Notes: generated by a model from the sequence alone, not told the origin. Positions 32,210 to 42,282 are shown, counted from the first letter of the stretch. The stretch is DNA of 64,000 bases from Chitinophagales bacterium (GCA_044227805.1 JBGAWA010000002.1:16654-80653), one strand, 5' to 3'. A program made the numbers and translations.

Positions 32210-35200
32210 TCACAATCCGATGGTAAGTCCAAACACAATGGTTTTAGGTTGCGGCGCACTGTAGAAATCGATTCCGGCGATCACGTTAGCTTCTTCCGGC
32301 AGTACATAATCAGAAGTAACTTCAGGATCCCATCCGCGATAGCTGGTAATGGTTAACAGGTTATACGCCGACATATAAACACGGAGGCTGGAGAATTTTA
32401 TTTTTTATAATAGCCGGTCGAAAGAGTCATAGCCCAGCGTCACCGATTTAAGCCGTATATAGGATCCGTCGTCAATGTAACGGCCTGGAGCGTGTCTGAT
32501 CACCGTTATCAAATCCCAACCGGGCCTGTGGAACATCTGTAATATCGCCCGGATGCTGCCATGCGTTAAGCATGGCTATCGTCTGGTTGTCATAGACTGC
32601 ACCATTGGCTTCCATCCAGTGATCACCATTCAGATTGATTTGATTGCCATAGACACTTTGTGTTGCAATATCCAATGAAAAACCTTTGTAAGAAAAACTG
32701 TTGGTGAAGCCGGCAATGAAATCGGGATTGGGGTCGCCGAGCACAACGAAGTTGGCAAGATTAAAATCGTTGGTTGTTTCCGCTGAACCTTCCGGACCAT
32801 TCACATACCAAAGCGCATCACCGTTATCCGGATCTACGCCTGCATATTCGGCACCATAGAAGACGCCCAGTGGTTCGCCCACCTTCACGACATTCAGAAT
32901 ATCGGAACCGCCGTTGTCGATCAGGTCCTGGCCGGGTGCCAGTTCTACCACTTCGTTTTTATTGGCGGCAAAATTTACGCTGGCTGTCCATTTAAATTCA
33001 TTCACAAGGATATCGCCATTGACTACGATCTCGATGCCATTGTTTTTCATCTTACCGATGTTCTGTGTTTGCAGCAGGATACCGGTGGTGGCAGGAATAG
33101 GTACGTCCAGCAAGAGATTGGAGGTGTTCTTTATGTAATAATCCAGTTCACCGTTTAAGCGGTCGCCAAAGAATCCAAAGTCAATGCCTGCATCAAACTG
33201 AAAAGTTCTTTCCCAGGTGAGATCAGGATTTTCGATAGTGGAAGGGTAGAGCGCAGGGTTGCCATTGTAGGAAGCGACACCATATTTGCCGATGTAATCA
33301 AAATCTCCGATTTCCGCATTACCTATTTCACCGGCGCTGGCTCTTACTTTCAGGAAGCTGATGGCCGGGATGCCTGCTAAGAATTCTTCCCTGCTAAGAA
33401 TCCAGCCGGCGGAAGCGGACGGAAAAAATCCATAACGCTTATTCTCCCCAAATCGGGAAGATCCATCAATTCGACCGGTGAGTGAAAAAAGGTACTTCTC
33501 GTTATAATTGTAGTTGGCTCTTGCGAAATAAGAGATGAAGCGATACTGTGTAAAGTTGCTGGTGCCATACACAATTTGCGAGGCGCTTGCCAGTGTCTTC
33601 AGGTCATCATTCGGAAATCCCTGGCCGTCCACTTTTTGATAGAACTGGGTGTAAGGCTGGTATTCAATACCACCAGTCGCCTCCAGGTTATGCATTTTGT
33701 TTAAGCTGGTGAGATAGGTTAGCAGCAGCTTTGTATCATAATTTTCAACGCGTGCTGAGTAGGCTTCACCGTATCCGCCCACCGACTGTCCGAAGTTGGA
33801 ACGGCTGCCGGAATAGCGGTCGGACGTGAAGTTGGTAAAATCGCCACCCACTTCACCCCGGAGGGTTAGTGAGGGCAGTATGTGAAAGTTTGCATAGATG
33901 TTCCCCACTGTCCGAAATGTGTAATTGTTGGATTGCGTGTATTCCGCTTCGAGCAGTGGATTAAAGTACAGCGTGACGGGCTGATCATTAAGTTGTCCTA
34001 AGGTATCGTAAGGTGGCGTAAGAGGCGACTGTGCAACAATTTGCATGGGTGATTCAAAATAATCATCGTTAGGAACATCATTGTTCAGGCTGCGGCTTAG
34101 TTGCAGCGATGTGCCGAGATCAAATTTATCCGACAACTTGCTGTCAAGATTGATCTGGATATTTGCGCGGTTCATATAGTTATTGATCAGGATGCCATCC
34201 TGTTGCGAATAACCGCCTGCAATGAAATACTGCAGTTTGTCGGTGCCTCCGGAAACGGACGCATTCACATCCCTTGAGGTAGCTTTCTGAAAGGCAAGTG
34301 ACTGCCAGTCGGTACTCACTTCTCTTGTGGTCCAGTCAGCCCAACCTGAATTCCTGTCGAACTGCTTGTGCACATCTTCCAGGAAATCGTCAATGGCTTC
34401 CTGTTCGTTATCATAGCCGCTGATGTTATTCGCGAAATCATATTGGCCGGCGTTAACCGCGGCCTGTTCAAAGTAATTAATGTATTGATCACTGTTCATG
34501 AATTCGCGCAGGCGGGTAGGTTTGCTCCAGCCTTGCTGATAGTCAATGGTAACTTTTGATTTTCCTTCCTTTCCTCTTTTGGTGGTGATCAGCACTACGC
34601 CGTTTGCGCCACGCGAACCATAGATAGCGGATGCCGCGGCATCTTTCAATATGCTTACGGACTCTATATTATTGAAATCAATATCATTCAGCGGGTTGAT
34701 GGAAAGATTGACTTCATCATTCACTGCCTTTGTATTGATCGGCACGCCATCCACAACATACAAGGGCTCATTGTTGGCGGTGATGGAAGAAGAGCCGCGC
34801 ACCCTTACCTTGATGGCGCTTCCCACCTTTCCGTTATTCGTTTCCACGAATACGCCGGCTGCTTTGCCTTGCAGCGCCTGCTCAATTGAAGTAACCGGTG
34901 TACGGGCGATGGCATCACCTTTTACCTCGGCAATGCTTCCGGTCACTTCCGTTTTTATCTGTGTTCCATATCCAACCACCACCACTTCTTTCAGGAGCTG
35001 CTCTGTATTAGAAAGCGCCACATCCACAACAGCTTCCTTTGAAAAGGCAACCTCCCGGGTTTCATAACCAACATAAGAAAAGATGAGTGATCCTCCGGCG
35101 ACGGGAACATCTATCGCATATTTCCCCTTTTCATTGGTGATGGTGGCCGTTTGCGTTCCTTTAATTACAACGGTCACACCATCGAGCGGTTCACTGTTTG

Positions 35201-35294
35201 ATTTGTCAGTGACGGTGCCGGTCAGTGAACGGTATTGCGCAAACAGGGGAGCATAGACAAGCAGACTTATCGCCAGCAGTAAAATTTTTCTCAT
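32210..35294 (-). pseudogene. susC: SusC/RagA-family TonB-dependent outer-membrane transporter, 3' end disrupted (frameshift plus in-frame TAA)
   Basis: Carboxypeptidase-regulatory-like N-terminal domain, plug and barrel are intact for 940 aa. The frame then breaks near 32480. The conserved C-terminal motifs continue in another frame (RYIDDGSYIRLKSVTLGYDSFDRLL-TAA-KIKFSSLRVYMSAYNLLTITSYRGWDPEV...FGLTIGL), with an in-frame TAA at 32405-32407 and a natural stop at 32210. Confidence 0.8.
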
Positions 35295-35408
35295 GGTTCA
35301 AATGCTTTGTGCTGTGGTTCAGAAATGATTCATAAACGTAATAATTTCCATTTGAATTAGGAATCCGGATGAAGCATGGATAAAAGCAGCATGCCTATTG
35401 GCGAGCTG

Positions 35409-37640
35409 CTATTGCTTCATGACGGTGGCAAAATAATTTTCAGATCCGTCAAATAACTTGACGAGGTAGAGACCGGCCGGCAGCAGGGTTGTGTGCAAGG
35501 TGAATGACGGGCCGGCGGTTAATGTTTGCTCGTAGACTATTTCACCAAGGTTGTTAATCAATGATAGCCGGCCGCTGGTGACCATGTCAGTCATGAGGAC
35601 AGTCAGCTGATCAGAAAATGGGGAAGGGAAAATATCGAAGTGGTTGAACGAGGGTTGATCCATTCCGCTGATTACGGTTGCATCCAGTGATGTATCCGTT
35701 GTTGCCGTACAACCGTAATACTGATAAACAGTGAGGGTAACCGTGTAGGTGCCGGTGTTAGCGTAAACATGCACCGGCAGTTGTTCGGTTGAAAAGGTAC
35801 CATCCCCAAAGTCCCAGTAATAATCTGCGCCGTTGATGGCCGGTGTAAATTGAAAGATAGCCGGTGCAATTTGATTGGTTGTAAATGTAGCGTCAGGAGC
35901 CGCCACATAATCCAAAGCGATGGCATCATCCAGCCAGTCAAAACGGTTGCTGATAAAGTTTTTCAGTTCATCCACAAAAAAAGGAGGATTGGTGACTCCC
36001 AGCTCCGCCCATTTTTTAAAGTTACGTTGTGCCGGTTGTTCCAGCAGTGTCTGCAGGGAGTCGATGATTTTATAAATTGATTCATTTTCTAATATTTCCT
36101 GCCGTAAGGAGGTGTACCGGCAATACACTTCCTTCACCCATTCAGGATCTTCCCGGAATTTACTCCACCAAAAAGGAAAGGGCCAGTAGGGATGTGTGAT
36201 TTCCCAAACCCATCCCTGCTCTGTGCCGGGCGCATAGGCACGGTCGTAATCCCATGGCGGACCAATATGGAGCTGCCCGCCGTCCGTAATTTTTTCTTTA
36301 TACAAAAAAGTACTGCGGCCATAGCTGTCGTAGTTGGCACTGAACTCATTCACGATCATGAAGTCGATGAAGGATTTTACGGCGATAAATTTTCTGTACC
36401 CCTGCGCACTATCCAGAAACAGGTTGCCATGCAGTGAATTTTCAAAGCTATCCACATAACTATGGATGTAATCAAATTGTGCGGGTTGAATTTCTTCTAT
36501 GCGAGGCTCTACCATTTTATAAGCAACGGGTAACTGGCAGGTAGCATAATTAACCGGAAGATAAATGCTGTTCCAGTCATTCGGATACCCGTTTTCATTG
36601 ATTTCAATAATATAGCCTCCTGTTAGTTCATCGCCGGTAATGTCTTCCGGTTTCAAGTCCGCAATATCAACCCTGTTCTCATCGCGTTTTACTTTTTCTG
36701 TCAGCGTGTAAACGCCTAAGTATTCACCATTCAGCATCAGCTCACAAAACATTGTGCGTGGTGCATAATGGCCCATTCTCCTGCTCATTTCATACGTGAT
36801 GGTGTTTTTCATGAGGCTTAAGTCCAGGTATTCAGCTTTCAGAATAAAATCATTTTCAGCAGGAAGCCCCAACAGTACAGTATCTATCTCCACGCTATCG
36901 TTATCCACCACGTCGAAGTCATAGTTTTTCTTGGGATAATAGGGCCCGGTAAAACCCTGCAGCTCCGTCATTATTTTCCCCGAAAAAGCATAATCCGTAT
37001 CTGACGGATGGTTCAGGAAGCCAGTTCCGTGATCGATGATTTTTATGTCTGCTGCCACTTTGGGTTCCGTAAAAATTTCCTGTCCGTGTGTATCGAGCAA
37101 TAGGATGGGAAGGTTTGATTCGGCGAAGACGAATGGCAATGCAGGTTCGTCACCAAAGGTGATTTGAAAATTGTGCAATGTTCCCTCATCCTGCGGATAC
37201 GTATCATTGCATTGCAGTTTCCAGGTGCCATTTGGATTTTGTCCGTTATTGATCAATCCAAGATCGCCCATGGCGGCAAACATGCCCGTGAAGGGTGCTG
37301 ATCCTCCGCTCACCGGATTGGGCGAGAAATCATTGAGGCAGGTGAAGAAAAAATTATCGCCATCGCCGCCTACTCCCGAAATCAGCAGCACCGCCGTTCC
37401 ATCGGGCGCGATCAGTTTCAGTTGAAGGTCGGAATCCCAGCTATGCGTGATATTGAAACAGACACTTTCCAGTCCGAATGTGGTATCAATAACAGCAGGC
37501 AGCCCGCTAACGTCGAGATCGAAAGTGACAATGGTGCCATTATCCGGAATCACCTGGTTAACGACGGTATAATAGGTTTGTGCCCATGACGGAAGGCTTG
37601 TCATCACCCAAAAAACCAGGTATATGGTTTTTATTTTCAT
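35409..37640 (-). CDS. CotH kinase-family protein with N-terminal proprotein-convertase P-domain, PKD domain and T9SS CTD
   Basis: P-domain (ITHSWDSDLQLKLIAPDGT...GTWKLQCNDTYPQDEGTLHNFQITF). CotH core (KAEYLDLSLMKNTITYEMSRRMGHYAPRT...LNGEYLGVYTLTEKVKRD). PKD (YYWDFGDGTFS...YANTGTYTVTLTV). CTD (FDIFPSPFSDQLTV...GLYLVKL). Confidence 0.85.
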   Translation of the reverse strand: MKIKTIYLVFWVMTSLPSWAQTYYTVVNQVIPDNGTIVTFDLDVSGLPAVIDTTFGLESVCFNITHSWDSDLQLKLIAPDGTAVLLISGVGGDGDNFFFTCLNDFSPNPVSGGSAPFTGMFAAMGDLGLINNGQNPNGTWKLQCNDTYPQDEGTLHNFQITFGDEPALPFVFAESNLPILLLDTHGQEIFTEPKVAADIKIIDHGTGFLNHPSDTDYAFSGKIMTELQGFTGPYYPKKNYDFDVVDNDSVEIDTVLLGLPAENDFILKAEYLDLSLMKNTITYEMSRRMGHYAPRTMFCELMLNGEYLGVYTLTEKVKRDENRVDIADLKPEDITGDELTGGYIIEINENGYPNDWNSIYLPVNYATCQLPVAYKMVEPRIEEIQPAQFDYIHSYVDSFENSLHGNLFLDSAQGYRKFIAVKSFIDFMIVNEFSANYDSYGRSTFLYKEKITDGGQLHIGPPWDYDRAYAPGTEQGWVWEITHPYWPFPFWWSKFREDPEWVKEVYCRYTSLRQEILENESIYKIIDSLQTLLEQPAQRNFKKWAELGVTNPPFFVDELKNFISNRFDWLDDAIALDYVAAPDATFTTNQIAPAIFQFTPAINGADYYWDFGDGTFSTEQLPVHVYANTGTYTVTLTVYQYYGCTATTDTSLDATVISGMDQPSFNHFDIFPSPFSDQLTVLMTDMVTSGRLSLINNLGEIVYEQTLTAGPSFTLHTTLLPAGLYLVKLFDGSENYFATVMKQ

Positions 37641-37884
37641 ACAGAAATCGCGGTTCGTTTCCGAAAAATGATACAGCGTTGAATGTTCATTCTTGCAAAA
37701 TAGTTATTTCCATTGGTGGTTATGATGAGGCCTGGTTGAAAATGGAGCGGATACCACCTGGCGTAAAGGAACGTGCTTGCATGTCAAAGGACGATTCGTG
37801 ACGCCATCGGGCGGCATCACCCGGCTGGCGTGTTACCTGTTTATTTCATTTTTCTTCACGTTCTTTGTCCCATACATCCATTTC

Positions 37885-38889
37885 ATGGCAACAGACGTAT
37901 TCGATAAGGCAGCCGCAATTTTGCAGCAACTGGAAGCGGAAGCAGTAGCAGACACTGCATCACTGGAGCAATTCCGGATACGATACCTGGGCAGCAAGAA
38001 TATTATCAAAGAGGTGTTTGCTGAAATGAAACAGGTGCCGAATGAACGGAAGAAGGAATTCGGGCAGGTAGTGAATGCATTAAAGCAGAAGGCGGAAGAA
38101 AAATTTCAATTGTTGAAGGATCAATTGTCGCTTGCCACGACCGTTGTTAAAACAGCATCCGTTGACCTGACAATGCCCGGCAGCCCGGTGGCGCTGGGAT
38201 CGAGGCATCCGGTGGCCGTTATCCGCAAAAAGGTGATTGACATCTTTGGCCGTATCGGTTTCCAGGTAGCGGAAGGACCTGAAATTGAAGATGAATGGCA
38301 CAACTTCACGGCACTGAATATTCCCGAAGATCATCCAGCCCGTGATATGACGGATTCTTTTTACATAGAAAACCCGGGCGTCATCCTTCGTTCACAAACC
38401 AGCAATGTGCAGATCCGTGTGATGGAAGGGCAACCACCACCCATCCGGATCATCGCGCCGGGACGGGTGTACCGCAACGAGACCATAACGTATAAACATC
38501 ATGTCATTTTTCACCAGCTGGAAGGGTTATACATTGACAAGCATGTTTCCTTCGCCGATCTGAAACAGACCATGTACTATTTCTTCAAAGAATTTTTCGG
38601 GGATGATTTTGAATGGCGGTTCAGGCCTTCTTATTTTCCTTTTACCGAGGTGTCTGCAGAACTGGATATCAGGAGGAAAGGAACTGAAAAATGGATGGAG
38701 ATACTGGGTTGCGGTATGGTGCATCCGGCGGTGCTGGAGAATTGCAAGATTGATCCGGAAATTTATACGGGCTATGCCTGGGGAATGGGAATAGAACGGC
38801 TCGTACTGCTCAAATATGACATACCTGATATCCGTATGTTGTTCGAAAATGATGTGCGTTTCCTGGAACAGTTCGAGGCTGCCTGGTGA
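37885..38889 (+). CDS. pheS: Phenylalanine-tRNA ligase alpha subunit
   Basis: HPARDMTDSFY, RSQTSNVQIR, PGRVYRNE, FHQLEGL and GCGMVHP..L...GWAFGMGIERL-type class II motifs. Start moved to the ATG at 37885. Confidence 0.95.
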   Translation: MATDVFDKAAAILQQLEAEAVADTASLEQFRIRYLGSKNIIKEVFAEMKQVPNERKKEFGQVVNALKQKAEEKFQLLKDQLSLATTVVKTASVDLTMPGSPVALGSRHPVAVIRKKVIDIFGRIGFQVAEGPEIEDEWHNFTALNIPEDHPARDMTDSFYIENPGVILRSQTSNVQIRVMEGQPPPIRIIAPGRVYRNETITYKHHVIFHQLEGLYIDKHVSFADLKQTMYYFFKEFFGDDFEWRFRPSYFPFTEVSAELDIRRKGTEKWMEILGCGMVHPAVLENCKIDPEIYTGYAWGMGIERLVLLKYDIPDIRMLFENDVRFLEQFEAAW

Positions 38890-38904
38890 GCGTGCCATGT
38901 ATGG

Positions 38905-38931
38905 ATCCGGGATTTTCCATGGAAAAATTCA
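38905..38931 (-). repeat. Solo module-A-like palindrome between convergent genes
   Basis: ccgggaTTTTCCATGGAAAAattc resembles gcgggatttttccattgaaaaatcc of the repeat. Lies between the pheS stop (38889) and the stop of the convergent gene (38968). Confidence 0.55.
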
Positions 38932-38967
38932 GACGCCTGCCTGCTGCTGCCATCCGGCAAGGCCATG

Positions 38968-40380
38968 TCAGAATACTAATTTATTCAGTGCCTTTACCAT
39001 ATTTCTGCGGCTGCTGTATTTCACTTTGAATTCGTTGGTGAGTGTTTTTGCCATAGCGACGCCGGCAGGAAGCGATTGTATTTTTCGCAGGGTGCTCACG
39101 ATATAATTGTAATGTTCGCGGCCCATATGCTGCTCGGCATAACGACGGAGGGCGACACGGTAAACAGCTACCAGTTCTTCCGGAAACCGGTCTTTGAGCA
39201 GATCATAAAAATCCTCCGCGAATTCAAGCGTGGCATTTTTTTGCAGCAGGGCGAGCAGCCGCTGCCAATATTGTTCTTCCACAAAAATGGTTGCCAGTGC
39301 TCGGATACCTTTCCATCCGAAATTTTTTTCGGCTTTCAGCGTACCAATGATCTTTTCAACTTCCGGCTTCCACTTGTCTGCCGTATAGGTGGCCTTCACT
39401 TTTCGATAATATTCGATGCGGAACTGATCATAAAATAATCGCAGTCCTGATTGCCTTACCTGGCGCACGTCGTTCTCTTCTTCTGCAATTTGTAAGAGTA
39501 ATTCATCCCATTCCGAACTTGCATACAGCCGTCCTTTCTGCTGATCGCTTCGCTTGCTTTCCTTAATGAGTTCTTTGGCAGCTTCAAATTGGTGTTGCTG
39601 GATGTGTTCATCAATCAGTTGCCGGCGGAAAGTGCGTATGCGAAGATTATCCGCCAGCACTTTCTTCGCCTCCTCCGGTCTTCCCAGGCGATGGAGGATC
39701 AGCATTTTTTTTCGTAAAAAAAATTCTTCGTACCGCTCATTCATGATATCCTGGTGGCGGCTGCCCGTTGCAAGAATCAACTGATCAAGCAGTGTTACCA
39801 GGCGAAGCTGTTGTTCTTCATTCATGACGGCTGCCAGGAGTACATCAATCCAGTATTCTTCCAATCCTTTATCCCGGTAGGCGGGCCGGAGCGCTTCCTG
39901 CAAAGCCGTTTCAAAAATGAGTTCCTTCAGTTGCGGTCCGGCATCTGTATGGAGGATGGCATCCAGTATGGAAAAAGCGGTTACAATTTTCCCGTGCAAT
40001 AGTGCATCCGGATCATCAGCGCGGCCCACCAGCGGATGAACTAATCCGATCAACCCAACGGCGAGGTAAAAGGGATCGAGGTAATTTTTGATGGCCAGCT
40101 GGCCGGCTGCCTGCCCCAACAAGGCATCGAGGCGCTTTGCCACTGTTGGCGCGTAATGGGACTGCGGAGGTGGATAGCCAATGATCTGCTGCAGCAGCAG
40201 CAGGTATTTTTCTCTGCCTGTCATCTTTAACCTGTCGGCAAAGTGCAGCAGGAATTCAGTTGCCAATTCAGGGTTTTCTGCGGCATATATTTCTATGAAT
40301 TCACGTAATTCTTTATCTCTTACCCGCTTGAGTAAGGATGTCATCACAGTGGACGCAGCGGGATTTTGTGCCGTATCCAT
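38968..40380 (-). CDS. Hypothetical all-alpha protein (470 aa)
   Basis: Long uninterrupted ORF with helical-repeat-like composition. No recognisable motif. Confidence 0.7.
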   Translation of the reverse strand: MDTAQNPAASTVMTSLLKRVRDKELREFIEIYAAENPELATEFLLHFADRLKMTGREKYLLLLQQIIGYPPPQSHYAPTVAKRLDALLGQAAGQLAIKNYLDPFYLAVGLIGLVHPLVGRADDPDALLHGKIVTAFSILDAILHTDAGPQLKELIFETALQEALRPAYRDKGLEEYWIDVLLAAVMNEEQQLRLVTLLDQLILATGSRHQDIMNERYEEFFLRKKMLILHRLGRPEEAKKVLADNLRIRTFRRQLIDEHIQQHQFEAAKELIKESKRSDQQKGRLYASSEWDELLLQIAEEENDVRQVRQSGLRLFYDQFRIEYYRKVKATYTADKWKPEVEKIIGTLKAEKNFGWKGIRALATIFVEEQYWQRLLALLQKNATLEFAEDFYDLLKDRFPEELVAVYRVALRRYAEQHMGREHYNYIVSTLRKIQSLPAGVAMAKTLTNEFKVKYSSRRNMVKALNKLVF

Positions 40381-40451
40381 TTTCAGTGGGAGATGAGAGA
40401 CTTCAAAGTCATAGGCATGCCGGCAAATCTGAAGCAGTGGTTATTCATTTT

Positions 40452-40497
40452 GCGTTAAGCCCGGTTCTGCTTTGAAAGGTAAAATGCGGGATTAACC
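40452..40497 (+). repeat. Solo tail module (3' hairpin) of the repeat family
   Basis: gcgTTAAGCCCGgttctgCTTTGAAaggtAAAATGCGGGATTAAcc aligns with GTTAAACCCgttgccgCTTTGAACTGCAAAATGTGGGTTTAA. The stem bases differ but pairing is kept (TTAAGCCCG/CGGGATTAA). Confidence 0.7.
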
Positions 40498-40758
40498 TGT
40501 AAAGATAACAAGTGATCAGCAGGAAATGTCCTTCATGAAAAGAACTTTCGAATTAAAGTCATTGCAATTCTATTTATTGATTTTTTTGAAATCGTATTCG
40601 CCTTTTGGTATGTTTCGCACTATCTCTTCACTAATATTGGAGCTGACTCCATCACAGCGTTATTGGGCAGCGTTCTTCGCAAAGTGAATCGCTATCATTT
40701 CTGATGAAACAGCGGTAAATTGCTTTCCGGTTTTTCAATGGAGGCCATTGCACTGCTG

Positions 40759-41619
40759 ATGAAAACGATAACACAAATACATACCATTGCCGTGGCAGGG
40801 GCTGGCACGATGGGCGCCGGCATAGCGCAGCTTGCCGCACAGGCCGGTTATAAAACTATACTGTATGATGTATCAGCTACCGCTGTTCGCCAGGGAATTT
40901 CCGGTATCGAAAGCAACCTGGCAGTAGCAGTAGAAAAGAAAAAGATAACGGCTGCAGATAAGGAGGAGATATTATCCCGCATTCATCCATCCGGAAAAAT
41001 AGAGGAGCTGGTGGCTGATGTGGTGATTGAAGCAATAGTGGAACGGCTGGAAATTAAATCAGCCTTCTTCCGTGAATTGACGACCATCACCGGCGACGAG
41101 GAAACAATTTTTTGTTCCAACACCTCTTCCATTCCCATCACACTGTTAGCCGGGGAAATCCCACATCCGGAGCGGGTAGCCGGTATGCATTTTTTTAATC
41201 CCGCACACCTGATGAAACTGGTGGAAGTTGTTTCGGGAGAAAAAACAGCGGAGGCCTGCGCACAAACAATCTGTGCGCTGGCCGTCAAGATGGGCAAGCA
41301 GCCGGTTATGACGAAGGATAAACCGGGCTTTATCGTGAACCGCATTGGCAAGTTATATCATACGGAAGCCATCCGGTTGCTGGAAGAAAAGATCGCCACA
41401 GTTGAAACAATTGACCGGCTGCTGGAAGCGAGCGGATTCAGAATGGGGCCCTTCCGGCTGATTGACCTGATTGGTGTGGATGCGAACCTGAATGTTACCC
41501 GATCGCTATATGAATTAATGCAGCACGAACCGCGTTTCAGGCCCAGTGCTCTTCAACAAAAAATGGTAGATGACGGGCACCTGGGAAAAAAGTCGGGCCG
41601 CGGATTCTACCAGTATTGA
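40759..41619 (+). CDS. hbd: 3-hydroxyacyl/3-hydroxybutyryl-CoA dehydrogenase
   Basis: IAVAGAGTMGAGIAQ NAD-binding fold, SNTSS, HFFNPA..MKLVEV and PGFIVNR motifs. Start moved to the ATG at 40759. Confidence 0.9.
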   Translation: MKTITQIHTIAVAGAGTMGAGIAQLAAQAGYKTILYDVSATAVRQGISGIESNLAVAVEKKKITAADKEEILSRIHPSGKIEELVADVVIEAIVERLEIKSAFFRELTTITGDEETIFCSNTSSIPITLLAGEIPHPERVAGMHFFNPAHLMKLVEVVSGEKTAEACAQTICALAVKMGKQPVMTKDKPGFIVNRIGKLYHTEAIRLLEEKIATVETIDRLLEASGFRMGPFRLIDLIGVDANLNVTRSLYELMQHEPRFRPSALQQKMVDDGHLGKKSGRGFYQY

Positions 41620-41648
41620 TTTTTTTCTGCAGCAAAACTGCCACCTGT

Positions 41649-42029
41649 ATGGACAAGATCAATTTGGTTGAAAAATTAGCACTGTTAAGTGACCACTGGC
41701 ATCCGCATATCATCGGCGACCTGAATGAGCATCATATCAAGTTGGCCAAGCTGCAGGGTGATTTTATCTGGCACAGCCACGCGGAGGAAGATGAATTGTT
41801 TATCGTATTGAAAGGAAAACTGCTGATGGATTTCAGGGATGAAGCAAGTCCTTCTGGAATACGAACCGTGGAAGTAATTCCGGGAGAGATTATTATTGTG
41901 CCAAAGGGAGTGGAACATCGCCCGCATGGTGATGAGGAAGTACACATCCTGCTGATTGAACCCCAAACAGTGGTTAATACCGGTGCTACAGAAAATGAAC
42001 TGACACGCAAGGAGCTGTACAGGATTTAG
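41649..42029 (+). CDS. Cupin domain protein
   Basis: WHSHAEEDELFIVLKGKLLMDF...IIVPKGVEHRP is the two-motif cupin signature. Start moved to the ATG at 41649. Confidence 0.75.
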   Translation: MDKINLVEKLALLSDHWHPHIIGDLNEHHIKLAKLQGDFIWHSHAEEDELFIVLKGKLLMDFRDEASPSGIRTVEVIPGEIIIVPKGVEHRPHGDEEVHILLIEPQTVVNTGATENELTRKELYRI

Positions 42030-42218
42030 CCGTTATACCGGTATTAGCACCTTTGGTCAGCGGAAGGGCATTCGGCTTCATTATTCTGCATGTACTTTTT
42101 GTGGAGATGGTGCAGACAATGGATAATCCGGAACATGAGCTTATGCCTGCTTCAGTAATGCACGCACCGCACAAGGCATAAGCAAGAGTAGAATGTCTGA
42201 ATATACACGCTGCTGTAT

Positions 42219-42243
42219 GGAACTGCAAAATGTGGGATAAAAT
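42219..42243 (+). repeat. Solo fragment of the repeat tail motif, 40 nt upstream of gcvT
   Basis: ggAACTGCAAAATGTGGGataaa matches the invariant tail core GAACTGCAAAATGTGGGTTTAAA. Confidence 0.6.
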
Positions 42244-42282
42244 CTATCTTTGCGCAAACAGGAAACATCAGCACGGCTGTTT

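Noticed and set aside
32047-32407. Stop-codon reassignment or programmed recoding to explain the in-frame TAG (susD) and TAA (susC)
   Set aside because: All other genes in the window terminate normally at TAA/TAG/TGA with no internal stops. The two stops are accompanied by two frameshifts in the same 490 bp. This fits damage or sequence error, not a variant code.
42231-42243. DnaA-box-like string TGTGGGATAA
   Set aside because: It has one extra base relative to TGTGNATAA. It is a single occurrence and is explained as part of the repeat tail motif. There is no oriC context (no dnaA/dnaN, no box cluster, no AT-rich unwinding element).
42030-42282. Glycine riboswitch upstream of gcvT
   Set aside because: I found only a vague resemblance (caccgcacaaggcataa vs CACCGAAGGGGCAA). 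There are no GGAGAG/CTCTGGAGAG elements and no tandem aptamer architecture.
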